64,000 nucleotides of DNA from Octopus vulgaris (lineage: Eukaryota). Under the pieces are notes generated by a model. That model was not told the origin of the DNA. It searched no databases and saw nothing but the letters and a program-made list of their open reading frames with translations. Below are positions 27,013 through 39,533 of this stretch, piece after piece. The stretch spans positions 76,508,001 to 76,572,000 of the forward strand of contig OX597824.1 in NCBI GenBank assembly GCA_951406725.2. Direction: 5' to 3'. The position numbers were made by a program, and so were the translations under genes. Numbering within the stretch: position 1 is the first letter of the stretch; every line of letters begins with the position of its first letter.

Positions 27013-27529
27013 GCTTATTTGCTTGAATTAATATGACTTTACTACATAGAAATACGTATACACATACATGTATACAATAACCTACCCCCCTCCATGCACA
27101 AACGCACATATGCTCGTACACTTACCTATCTACGTATCTATCCATCTATCTAATTAGATATGTGCCTAGACAGTTATCCGGTTTGTGGTCGAGCTTGCAC
27201 TACTTCGTTGATTGAATAAAATTCACGTTAGTCAGAGACAAAGAGTGGATAATTCACAACTGAAAAATCTGTGAACGATTGCAAATAGCTGACGACCTTA
27301 TTCTTCTCGAGGAGAGGGGGAAAAAAAAGAAAGAAAACCCTTTTAGTCAGAGTTATTTACATTTTGGTTTAAAATTTGAGTGAACAAATTTTGTAGGAGC
27401 TGTATGTTCAATTAGATTGTTATTTAAGCAGCAGACACAGGAATGCATTTGATTGTTTGGAACTTGTATTAAATGAATAGAAGGAAAGTACTCTGCTCTT
27501 ACATTCAGGTTATAAATGGACAGATTATG

Positions 27530-27867
27530 TGAAGGCGCATGGCTCAGTGGTTAGAGTGTCGAGCTTACAATCGCGAGGTTGTGAGCTCGAATCCCGAACC
27601 GGGCTGCGTGTTGTGTTCTTGAGCAAGACACTTTATTTCACGTTGCTCCAGTTCACTCCGCTGTTGAAATGAGTTTCGATGTCACAGTTGCCATTCTGTA
27701 TCGGCTTTTGCCTTTCCCTTGGTTAACACTGGTGGCGTGGAGAGGGGAGGCCGGCATGCATGGACGACTACTGGTCTTCCATAAACAACCTTGCCCGGAC
27801 TTGTGCCCGGGAGGGTAACTTTCTAGGTGCAATCCCATGGTCAGTGTCCTGAACGAAGGGGGTCTCA
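27530..27867 (+). mobile_element. SINE family C, full length
   Basis: tRNA-like head tggctcagtggttagag..ctcgaatccc, then gtgttcttgagcaagacact and the shared tail. Confidence 0.9.
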
Positions 27868-28049
27868 ATGGACAGATTTCTTGATCCAGTTCTCAAAGCT
27901 CAAAACCCAAAATATCAAAACTTAGGGCACCTTTTATATTCACCAGTTGTCTCTCTGGCATATCTGAAAATTGTAAACGTGAAGTAATCTTGTCGAAGTA
28001 GCAATGAGCTTGCCTTGTTACCTCATCCATGGGAAATGTACTTCTTTTC

Positions 28050-28602
28050 TCTTTTAGCTTTTATTTGTTACAGCCATTTAACTGTCGCCATGCTGGGGCA
28101 CCCCTTGAAGGACTTTAGTTGAACAAATCTACCCCAGGATTTATTTGCCTTTAAGCTCTGTACTTATTCCATCGGTCTCTTTTATAGAACCGCCAAGTTA
28201 AGGTGGCGTAAACACACCAACACGTGTTGTTAAGCGCTAGCGGGGGGACAAACAAACACACACACACACACACACACGCACGCACACATACGCACATACA
28301 TACACGACAGGTTACTTTCAGTTTCCATCTAGCAAGTCTACACATGGCTTTGGTCGGCTCGAGGCTATAGTAGAGGATCAAGGTGCCATGATCCCGGAAC
28401 CATGTAGTTGAGAAGCAACCTTCTTTATTTCATCAGATTTGCCATAAAGGCATTAAAAAGATAGAAGCAAATGCGGGCTGGACAATAACACAAAGGTGAT
28501 GAAATGATGAACAAAATAATGATATTGATGAGAGAAGCAACGACGCTCGTCGATCGATGCTCCGGGAAGGAACCTTCTTACCATACAGCTACGTCTGCGC
28601 TT
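28050..28602 (-). mobile_element. SINE family A interrupted by a 145-bp insert (28426-28570)
   Basis: Head split; aaccttctt duplicated at 28417-28425 and 28571-28579. Confidence 0.75.
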
Positions 28603-28874
28603 GGTTAAAATTCTGTGACTAACCTTTCATCACAGCAATCCGTCACAGATGACGATGACGAGCCAGATTTGAATGGTTTCATCAAGAAAACATCCAACTT
28701 CAATTTAAATGTTGGATAATAAAATTCTCTTAAAACTAATTGAGCTTAAATAGCATATGTATATTCTAGCTTGCAGAAACAGCTGTCAATTTAAAAAAGA
28801 TTATGCATTCACTCATTAGTGTTCTGTATTTGTTATGTCCTGTATAAATTTATTAATAATTATATATATATATA

Positions 28875-29148
28875 TATATTATATTAAATTAGAGACAATT
28901 TAAAGAAATTAACAGCCATGAAACGATCGTAGTGATATATTAATTATATTTTTTTAATAATTTTGTTATATATTTAAATAATATAAATTAAATAATCTTA
29001 TGTATTGGCTTAAGTTTTTCATTGTATGATTTGCCTAATAGTGGTTTTGTCTCTAATTTAATATAATATAATATTTTACTATAAAATTGGATTCAATCCT
29101 AAATCTGATTTTTCCCTGTAAGTTTGGATTTATTCCCTAATATTTATT

Positions 29149-29160
<12 letters not shown>
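28875..29160 (+). mobile_element. Foldback pLTR remnant, same family as 32861-33160, with half a hammerhead
   Basis: Inverted arms ..aaattagagacaa / ttgtctctaattt..; catGAAAcgatcgTAgtg at 28917; shared tail ggattcaatcctaaatctg. Confidence 0.75.
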
Positions 29161-29180
<20 letters not shown>

Positions 29181-29514
29181 TATATACATACACATAAAGT
29201 TTAGATCCAAGATATATATATATATGTATTCCTTTTTGCATGTAGCTATGTGTATAATATGTATAATATATGTATATTTATATTTATCAGTTCTAATCTA
29301 GTTTTATCTGCATCACCATTTCCGTATCAACACGCGTGGCTTTTTCTTATAACTACGCTTTACTCCGTGGACTTAGTCCTCGATAAAGATTCCAGAATTT
29401 AAGTTCAAATCATTTGAGTACTATTACATGATTTCTCTATTGGGGATCTCTAGGTGACAGCCCTTGAGTCTCTGTCTCTATCACTATCTCTCTCTGTCCC
29501 CCCCTCTCTCTCTC

Positions 29515-29546
<32 letters not shown>

Positions 29547-29700
29547 CTTTATTTAAAGCAGCAGAAAATTCAACAAAACCTGTTACTCTGAGTTTCCCGT
29601 TGCCGTTCATTTTCTGCTGCTTTAAATAAAGCATATTACTCTACCACTGGTATTTGAGTACTCTTTTTTCCACCTTGTTTCACATTTATGTGTTTACTCC

Positions 29701-29702
<2 letters not shown>
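29547..29702. mobile_element. Small foldback element in (TA)n
   Basis: Perfect 23-bp inverted repeat 29547-29569 / 29609-29631, then a unique tail. Confidence 0.6.
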
Positions 29703-29749
<47 letters not shown>

Positions 29750-29756
<7 letters not shown>

Positions 29757-30353
29757 TTAGTGAATTGAAGAAATGGAGTTGAACGAAGATTGAACAGAAA
29801 TCGTTTTATTGCATTCTACACGTGTTTCGAAAGGCACAATTTACCAAATTCCGATTGAATAAGGAGACCATATTGTGTCTTTCTCTTCAGGAAGAAATAG
29901 GAAATCCGTTGGAAAAAGCAAAAACAGAACAGAGGCGGAGCAAAACAAATCGAACGCGGCTCCTAAGATAAACAGTTTGGCCATGGGCTCTTAGGAGCCG
30001 CGTTCAATTTGTTTTGCTCCGCCTCTGTTCTGTTTTTGCTTTTTCCAACGGATTTCCTATTTCTTCCTGAAGAGAAAGACACAATATGGTCTCCTTATTC
30101 AATCGGAATTTGGTAAATTGTGCCTTTCGAAACACGTGTAGAATGCAATAAAACGATTTCTGTTCAATCTTCGTTCAACTCCATTTCTTCAATTCACTAA
30201 TAATATTAAAATTCAATTATCCGCACCAACGCACGGTTGCAACACCATATGGTTGTACCTCCAACCGTGCTGTCTTCTGCTGTGATTTTTGCTACCAAGG
30301 TATCGGTTAAACTTTTGATTAATCTGCAACAAGATTATTCATCTTCCTATTTC

Positions 30354-30358
<5 letters not shown>
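29750..30358 (+). mobile_element. Young inverted-pLTR element: 219-bp arms, 20-bp spacer, ~150-bp tail, in (TA)n
   Basis: 29750-29968 is the reverse complement of 29989-30207 with one visible mismatch. Confidence 0.88.
30064..30143 (+). ncRNA. Type I minimal hammerhead ribozyme motif (mirror copy 29814-29893 on minus strand)
   Basis: ttc-CTGAAGA-gaaagacacaat..attgtgcctttc-GAA-acacgtgt-A-gaa. Confidence 0.78.
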
Positions 30359-30420
<62 letters not shown>

Positions 30421-30422
<2 letters not shown>

Positions 30423-30645
30423 CGGGTGCCGGTTTATGAGGTTACCCTGGGTTTCTCCCTGATAAGGGGTTTAGCCTAACAGCATATCTCCAGGCACCAA
30501 ACACTGCTGACCTAAGAACTCTTCAAAATATTATATTTTGAAGAGATCTTACGCCAGCAGTGTCTGGAGTCCGAAAATACGCCGTTAGGCAATCCCCCTT
30601 ATGAACAAGAGACGCAGAGTAACCCCATAAACCGTCCCCATTATA
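30421..30645 (-). repeat. ~110-bp-arm imperfect hairpin centred at 30531-30533
   Basis: ctcttcaaaata-tta-tattttgaagag centre; arms pair out to ggtttatg / cataaacc. Confidence 0.85.
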
Positions 30646-30709
30646 ATATCAACTGCTCTACACCTTAGAGTGTGCTTCTCCCTCGGATTTATGTATTCCT
30701 ACAAACGTA

Positions 30710-30769
<60 letters not shown>

Positions 30770-31097
30770 CACACATACAAACGTACATATTTCTGACATG
30801 TGTGTATATAAATGTCATATGGAAGACTCCTTTTCAAAATGATTAAGCACAGGCAGTCTACTTCTTTATTTTAATTAACCAAGTAATTAATTAATTAAGT
30901 AATGTAATTAACTACAGGCAATGTGTGTGATATCATTGATGCCTTCCCAAGTACAATCCCTGTCACAACATGAAATGTTGTATTGTGATTCCTTTTGACA
31001 TAAATGAAATAAAGCGACACATTCGTACACAGATATATACATGTGCATATGTATGTAATTATATAAGTATTTATGTATGTAATTATATAAGTATTTA

Positions 31098-31145
<48 letters not shown>

Positions 31146-31189
31146 CGTTATGATGTCTATATACATATTGATATATATAAAATAATAAA

Positions 31190-31342
31190 AGCATCTTGCT
31201 TACCGACCATAAGGTTCCTGGTTCATTCCCACTGCGTGGCACCTTGGGCAAGTGTCTTCTACTATAGCCTCGGGCAGACCAAAGCTTCATGAGTGGAGTT
31301 GTTAGACGGAAACTGAATAAAAGCTCGTCGTATATATGTATA

Positions 31343-31419
<77 letters not shown>

Positions 31420-31656
31420 GTGTGTGTGCGTGTCTGTGTGTGTGTGTCTGTGTTTGTCCCTCCAACATCACTTGACAAGCGATGCTGGTGTGTTTACGTC
31501 CCCGTAACTTAGTGGTTCGACAAAAGAGACCGATAGAATAAGTACTAGGCTTACAAAGAATAAGTCCTGGGGTCGATTTGTTCGAGCAAATGCCGTGCCC
31601 CAGCACGGCTGCAGTCAAATGACTGAAACAAATAAGTGTAAAAGAGTAAAAAAGAG
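31190..31656 (+). mobile_element. SINE family A, 5' clipped
   Basis: cactgcgtggcaccttgggcaag...gactgaaacaaataag. Confidence 0.88.
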
Positions 31657-31793
31657 TATGTATGTATGTATGTATGTATGTATGTATAAAAATTTATATA
31701 TACATACATTCTTACACGCATACATATATGCAAACACAAACATGAATAAAACGTGCATGCTTACATCCAAGAATGAAAGTCTATATTTATAAA

Positions 31794-32268
31794 GGCGAGC
31801 TGGCAGAAACGTTAGCACGCCGGGCGAAATTCTTAGCGGTATTTCGTCTGCCGTTACGTTCTGAGTTCAAATTCCGCCGAGGTCGACTTTGCCTTTCATC
31901 CTTTCGGGGTCGATTAAATAAGTACCAGTTACTGTGGTCGATATAATCGACTTAATCCGTTTGTCAGTCCTTGTTTTGTCCCCTCTATGTTTAGCCCCTT
32001 GTGGGTAGTAAAGAAATATATATTTATAAACGTATAAGGCGCCGAGCTGGCAGAACCGTTAGCACGCCGGGTGAAATGCGTAGCCGTATTTCGTCTGCCG
32101 TTACGTTCTGAGTTCAAATTCCGCCGAAGTCGACTTTGCCTTTCATCCTTTAGGGGTCGATAAATAAAGTACCAGTTACGCAGTGGGGTCGATGTAATCG
32201 ACTTAATCCGTTTGTCCGTCCTTGTTTGTCCCCTCTATGTTTAGCCCCTTGTGGACAATAAAGAATTT
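31794..32268 (+). mobile_element. Two adjacent SINE family B copies with overlapping TSDs
   Basis: Heads ggcgagctggcaga at 31794 and 32037; direct repeats of 12 and 20 bp. Confidence 0.9.
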
Positions 32269-32827
32269 TATATATTTATAAACGTATACGTATATCTATT
32301 TACATGCAATCGCACATGGATATGTGTACGAGTACAGAGAGAAAGAGAGACAGGAGGAGGAGATTGAAAAAGGAATCCAGTGCGAAATAGGAGGAAATAA
32401 AATGGAAAGGATAACAACAGGGCGAGAAAGAACGATAGAGCAGGAGACTGAATGCATCGAGAGAACGGACAACAAATTTATCAGTTTTCTAGTAAATTAC
32501 GCACATATCCACTCAGCTAATACGAATATATACTTAAGAAACTGACTATTTATACAGAATTATTCCTGGTAGATATTCTACTCTCGGGAAAATCCTATTA
32601 GAGCAGCGTGTCTTTTTATCTTGCCTGCCAGTTATATATTTACGAGGACGCATAACATCTTGTCACTAATTATGTATGCAACACGATATCTGCAATAGTC
32701 CTGTTCGTTCGTCACTGAATGATTTAAATCTTTCATACTTTCATAGTTATTGATTGGATATGTGTATGTGTGTGTATATATACATACATACATACACACA
32801 CACACATATATATATATGCATATATAG

Positions 32828-32860
<33 letters not shown>

Positions 32861-32871
<11 letters not shown>

Positions 32872-33147
32872 TTAGAGACACTATTATGCAAATCAAAACT
32901 GGCAAAGAAGGTCTTGAAACCACCTGATGAATGTCAATAGAAGTGACAAGAAACGATCGTAGTGGATATCTTAATTATATTTAATTTATATAAAATTTTT
33001 ATATATTGGATTAAGTCTTTCTTTGTTTGATTTGCATAATAGTGGTTTTGTCTCTAATTAATATTATATTATATTTTACTATAAAATTGGATTCAATCCT
33101 AAATCTGATTTTTCCTGTAAATTTGGATTTATTCCCTAATATTTATT

Positions 33148-33160
<13 letters not shown>
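32861..33160 (+). mobile_element. Foldback pLTR remnant with hammerhead in (TA)n
   Basis: Arms 32862-32897 / 33026-33068; tail shared with 28875-29160. Confidence 0.78.
32920..32965 (+). ncRNA. Type I minimal hammerhead ribozyme motif
   Basis: ccac-CTGATGA-a-tgtca atagaag tgaca-a-GAA-acgatcgt-A-gtgg. Confidence 0.85.
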
Positions 33161-33214
<54 letters not shown>

Positions 33215-33569
33215 CAAGTACCCACTGGCAACCGCGTGCGAAGATAAAATCCGCCGTCTTTGGTATAGGGAAATAGTAATTGGAAAATCTCTGACGTTGC
33301 AATGAGCCGGCTGGCTGAATAAAAATTCGATGCGTGCAACAGAAGCAGCGTTTATCTAAAATAGCAATCTGTGTGTCATACATAACGCAGATGCCTCACG
33401 GAGAGCCTAGTTAACTGGGGAGTTCGTTCTGAGATAATCAATACCTCTTATAGATAACGCAAAGATATATCAGCAGATGTCTTATTAATTCTACGTTCCA
33501 AGATCTTTTTTACTCACTGGACTGAGATCAAAATTTTTTTGTCAAATGAATCGATTCCATTACTTATAT

Positions 33570-33890
33570 TTATTTTATTCCAGACTGGTCCTTAACTCCA
33601 TCGTTCTCTTTTACCGAAACGCTAAGTTACGAGGATGTAAACACACCACTATCAATTGTCCAACAGTGCTGGGTAACAAACACAGACAACAAGATACGCA
33701 CGCGCGCACACACAAACACTCACACACACACACATATTCGACGGGTTTCCTTCAGTTTCCATCTACCAAATCCACTCACAAGACTTTCGCCGACCTGAGG
33801 CTATAGCAGAAGACACGTGCCTAAGATGCCACGCAGTGAGACTGAACACGATATCATATAGTTACGAAGAAGACTTCTAATCACACAGCC
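33570..33890 (-). mobile_element. SINE family A, degraded
   Basis: cttcagtttccatctaccaaatccactcacaag...gccacgcagtgagactgaac. Confidence 0.75.
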
Positions 33891-34330
33891 TCACACAATT
33901 ACCAATTTAATTCCCTTATGAAAATAATAGATTCATCCATTTACTTGGGAAAAAAGTACATTTGTTATTCTGATGTCTTTAGTAATATATGTGTAATGCA
34001 CACAAAACAAGAAGAAATAATAAGTGTGTTGAATTTATATTTATCAATGAAATTTCAATTTTGATGAAATAATTGAATAAGAGAATGTCTTTTTTTTTTA
34101 TATGACTATTATCAGTGTATAGTTCATTCATTATTTAAGAAAGTAACATTTCCACCTTGTTGATAATTGGAAATTCTTGAATAATTATCGAGGGAAATGT
34201 GTACAAGGATTCAATTTCAATTTTTGTTCTAAATCGCACAAACTGTAATAGGATGTAATGAATCTTGAAGCAAAGGAGAAGTAAAGTACGTTTTCCATTT
34301 TTGTTGTTGTTGATATAATGTATATGTATA

Positions 34331-34562
34331 AGGTAGCGAGCTGGCAGAAACGTTTGCACGCTGAGCGAAATGCTTAGTGGTATTTCGTCTGCCGTTACGT
34401 TCTGAGTTCAAATTCCGCCGAGGTCGACTTTGCCTTTCATCCTTTCGGGGTCGATAAATTAAGTATCAGTTACGCACTGGAGTCAATGTAGTCGACTTAA
34501 TCCCTTTGTCTGTCCTTGTTTGTCCTCTCTGTGTTTAGCCCCTTGTGGGCAATAAAGAAATA
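34331..34562 (+). mobile_element. SINE family B
   Basis: Full head-to-tail match to 31794-32018. Confidence 0.9.
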
Positions 34563-35648
34563 AGAAACGTTTGATGCTCTAACATCCTATCATCAATGCT
34601 ATCTTTTCAGCTTTTCTACTTCTGTGAAAGAAGATCCAGTGCGCGATGACCAAGTTTGGAATTCCTTTGAATCATAACTTTATTTAAACAAGGTTGACCT
34701 GACCTGGAGCTAAAGAGCAGCAACGTCACGCAATAACAAAACTTGATGATCCAACGTCCTATCGTCACGACTACTTTTGCAGCACTTCTACTTCTGTGGA
34801 GGAAGAACAAATGCGAGATGGCCAAATTTAGAATTTCTTTGAATCATAACTCAGCCCAATGAGGTCTAACCTTGGGCTAAACAAAAACCATTACTTGAGA
34901 CAACAATAAATGAAAGGCTGCCGACGACATTCTGTTGTCAACAAGACTTGGGCATCTTACCGCTTTACTATCAGACATCGTACAAAATTGTCGTCGCCGA
35001 CATCGTCTGCTTTATCTGAGCATTAGTATAACTCAGAGAAATTGTTTCCAGTAAGATAAAATAGAATTTCATAAATATGCAGACTAACATTAATAACTCT
35101 GGTCGTATATTAATCCAAACAAATGTATCGTTTAATAGTATTTATCACCATTATCACCAGACTTGTTCAATGTGCAGGAATATGAATGAATTACGAAAAT
35201 GGACACGAATATTAACGAACTGGCGTACAGCTAATCTACACACATCCGCTCATACAAACTCATATACAGGCACACGTACACTCATACATACTCATACACA
35301 CATGCACACATGCACACAGAAACATGCGTTCATGCACAAAAACACGCTCAGCATAGAGGTACACACGCGCGCAACCACACTCGCTCCTACCCCCATGCGC
35401 ATGCATACACACGTACACATGCGTACAAACACACACACATGCATGTGCACATGGATATATATGCATGTGTATATATGTGTGTTTGTGTTCGTGTGCGTGT
35501 GTGTTTGTATGTGTGTGTGTCTGGCGGATATGTGTGTGTGCATTTGTGTGTGTATGTTTGTATGTGTGTGTTGGGGGTGTGTTTGTGTGTATATATAAAT
35601 ACATACACACACATACACAATGGCGGAAACACACACACACATACACAC

Positions 35649-35751
<103 letters not shown>

Positions 35752-35886
35752 CATATATATATACAAATAAAATTGTGTGTATGCATGTGTGTGAATGCAT
35801 GTACGTGAAGGTGTATACGAATATATATACATGCATATATGTGTATAGATATATATATGTGTGTGTATAGATGTGTATATATATAT

Positions 35887-35940
<54 letters not shown>

Positions 35941-36312
35941 ACATATGCATATTCGTATATGCGTGCGTAAGCGAGCGTGTGCGTGTGTGTCATTACATCT
36001 GTGCGTGTGTCTTTGCGTCCGCTGTGATCGCGCCGATGTTGTTACGCATTTCTGTGTGTATATTATGTGTCTGCACATTGGCGCATCCGCTAAGTATGGC
36101 AAATTGTCTCTCTAAGTGATTTAGACGTTTTTATGTTTATTTATTTAGTTGCTTTTTAAATTTTAAAATTCAATCTTGTTCATTTTATTTATTTCTTGTC
36201 TTAGCAACAATCGCACAGTATAATGCGAGCAATTTGATTACAGCTGCATTAAGACAGCCAGCGAAACAATTTCATAGAATTACAATAAATATACAAAATA
36301 ATAATAATAATG

Positions 36313-36363
<51 letters not shown>

Positions 36364-36367
<4 letters not shown>

Positions 36368-36901
36368 CTCTGATGCAGTACCAGACAGTGGTTCTCATGG
36401 CTTCTTATTTTGACTAATGGGTAGAGTTATCATGTACATTGTTTTGTCTTGGTATAAAAGATGGGCTACAAATATTTTCCTCAGTACCACAGATTTGCTC
36501 GTCAGTTGTTTGACCTTAAGCAGTTGAGCATGTCCCTTAGTGGCTGACGATATGTGTATCTCTGATCATGAGCAGAAGTAGTGGTGGAGCATCATTCTTT
36601 GGGGTTTGGATAATTCACCTCTGGAAACATGGTTGTTTCGTTCAACATCCTTAAGCAACCCTTATTCTGGGACCTTTTGAGTGGGATGGGCTTCTCGACC
36701 TGAAGAAAATTCTAACTAGACCCCCACCTGCAAGGTCATGTGCTGCTGTTTATCTTGATATGAGATCACCATGTCGCGCACATATGGTTGTGATGCATGT
36801 GCCTGGTGTACCCTTATCAAACGGGTAGTCATGATGGGTATATTGGGCTTCGTATATTTTTACCCCAGTGTCACTTTGATGGCATGCACTGCTCTCTCAC
36901 T
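36364..36901. mobile_element. ~540-bp non-coding element in (TAA)n, copy 1
   Basis: Co-terminal with and ~90% identical to 39531-40086. Confidence 0.8.
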
Positions 36902-36980
<79 letters not shown>

Positions 36981-36990
36981 GATAATGATG

Positions 36991-37050
<60 letters not shown>

Positions 37051-37051
<1 letters not shown>

Positions 37052-38595
37052 GGCTCTGGTATTCAGCATGCAAGCATGAAAGAGAAAAGGCTCTGGTATT
37101 CAGCATGCAAGCATGAAAGAGAAAATCAGGAAGGAATGTTATAGGAGAGTTCGTGCAGTCCTCAAATCTGAACTAAATGCACGTAACAAGGTGTTAGCTA
37201 TAAATTCCTTAGCAGTTCCAGTTGTTACTTATAGCTACAATGTGTTGAACAGGAATATGAGTAAAGTAAAGAATATAGATAGAAAAATACGCAAGCTGCT
37301 GAGTTGTAATAGGATGCACCACCCAAAGGCAGATGTAGATCGCCTTTACCTTCCCAGAGCCCAAGGAGGTCGAGGCCTGATCCAATTTGAACTAGCTTAC
37401 AAAACAACCACAATTGGACTGGCCAAATATCTCGAAATATCGAATGACTGGATGCTAAAGCTCGTGGAAAATCACGAGAGACGAAAGAAGCTTCATTCTA
37501 TCATAAAGGAAAGCAAAAAATTTGCTATTGATCTCGTGCAGGATACCCAAACTGAACAACCCGAGGGAAGTACGGCAACTATTGTTGCAAAGAAGGTGAA
37601 AATGATGGCAATGAAAAAAGTGCACGAGCAATTGGCTGATAGGTGGGAGGAGAAACCTCTGCACGGCAAATATGTGACCCGCAGCAAACAAGCTGATGTT
37701 GACCAGAAGCAAACCCATCAGTGGCTACGGAGCTCAGGGCTAAAAGCAGAGAGCGAAGGTTTCATCCTGGCTGCTCAAGATCAAAGCCTATTAACCCGGA
37801 ACTACCAGGCCAATGTGATAAAAATGGAGCAGACCCAAAATGCCGATTCTGCAACGACATGATTGAAACAGTGGACCACCTAATCTCTGAATGTAAAGTC
37901 TTAGCACCAGTGGAGTATAAATTAAGACATGACAGAGTTGGCCAATATCTCCACTGGCTAATAAGTCGGCATTACAATATCAAAACTGCCGACAAGTGGT
38001 ATAATCACCACCCTGAGGCTGTAACTGAAGGAGAAAATGTAACCATTCTGTGGGACTTTCTAGTACATACAGACCGAACCATCAAGGCCAATAAACCAGA
38101 TATTGTTGTGAAAGACCAAAACAATAAAGTTTGCTTATTGATCGACATGAGCATCCCCTGTGATCATAATATCTCAGCGAAAGAGTTTGACAAGCTCAGA
38201 AAATATAAAGACCTACTCATTGAAATTGAGAAAATGTGGCATCTCAAGGCGGTTACAATACCAGTGATCGTAGGAGCACTAGGAATGATCAAGAAGGGAA
38301 CCGAAAAATATATGAGAATGATCCCTGGCTTACCATCCCTGCAAGAAGTGCAAAAGATTGTCTTAACTGGTACATCACACGTATTGAGAAGAGCATTGTC
38401 GATGTGAGAACTGTTGCTGCTCATGTATTTTAATTTAACTTTAAACAAAAAAAAAAAAAAAAAAAAAAATGAACGAACTACTGAGTTTGGTTTAATGGCC
38501 TACCAATGTATACTATGAGTTTCTTTGCCCTAGGAGTCGGGAAGACACTCGGCAAGAAATGGAAGCAAATTTGAAAGAAGAAAAAAAAAAAAAAA
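37051..38595 (+). pseudogene. 5'-truncated R4/Dong-like RLE LINE (ORF pieces 37113-37862 and 37721-38407, one frameshift near 37820)
   Basis: RLYLPRAQGGRGL, KPLHGKY, AAQDQSL, CCHC knuckle CRFC..H..SEC, RHD, KPDIV..ID..IP..KY endonuclease; poly(A) end; flanked by (TAA)n. Confidence 0.92.
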
Positions 38596-38603
38596 TAATA
38601 ATA

Positions 38604-39439
38604 ATACTGGACTAAACTAAACGCAAAAGAAATAGACAAAGAAAAATCCCAGCAATGGTTGAGAAGCTCAGGACTCAAAGCTGAACCAGAGGGATTTTTA
38701 ATTGCAGCACAAGACCAAAGCCTCCCCACCAGAAATTACCAAAAACATGTAATGAAAAGAAATATTACAAGTAACTGCAGAATATGTGGAGATGGACAAG
38801 AAACAATAAATCATATTATCTCTAGCTGCTCAGTCCTGGCTAAGAAGGAATATATTCACAGACATGACAGAGTTGGAACCTACACACATTGGAAGCTATG
38901 CCAACATTATGGAATAACAACAGAAAAAAGATGGTATAGGCACACACCAGAAAAGGTCACAGAAAACGAGAAAGCAACCATACTCTGGGATATGCCGATA
39001 CACACAGATAGAGAAATTAAGGCCAACAAACCAGATATAGTTGTCAGAGATCATGAAGAAAAAAAATGCTTTCTAATTGATGTATCAATACCGGCAGATG
39101 ACACCGTGTCTCTAAAAGAAATGGAGAAACTCTCAAAATACAAAGACCTGGAAATAGAGGTAACTAGAATGTGGAATCTGAAAACAGAAACAATTCCTAT
39201 CATAGTAGGTGCATTAGGCATGATAAAAAAATATTCAGACAAATACATAACAAAAACACCAGGACTTACAAACACATATAACATACAGAAAATTGCACTA
39301 CTAGGCACTGCACACATCCTACGCAGAACACTTTCCATACACTAACCATCAGAGCATCACAACAAACCACAGCACATACCCAAGGCACACAGAGCTGCAC
39401 TCGGTAGTGAAGTGAAAGCACGCTATAAAAATAAAACTA

Positions 39440-39442
<3 letters not shown>
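38604..39442 (+). pseudogene. Second 5'-truncated R4/Dong-like LINE, different subfamily (ORF 38659-39345)
   Basis: AAQDQSLPTRNY, CRIC..H..SSC, RHDRV, KPDIVV..IDVSIP..KY; followed by (TAA)n. Confidence 0.92.

Positions 39443-39530
<88 letters not shown>

Positions 39531-39533
<3 letters not shown>

Noticed and set aside
27530-27605. tRNA gene
   Set aside because: The A/B-box head continues into a SINE body found in several copies; the same holds for the other heads
34616-34890. ~172-bp-period direct repeat as LTRs (also the 45437 / 45620 pair)
   Set aside because: No TG..CA ends, PBS or internal region; looks like old tandem duplication
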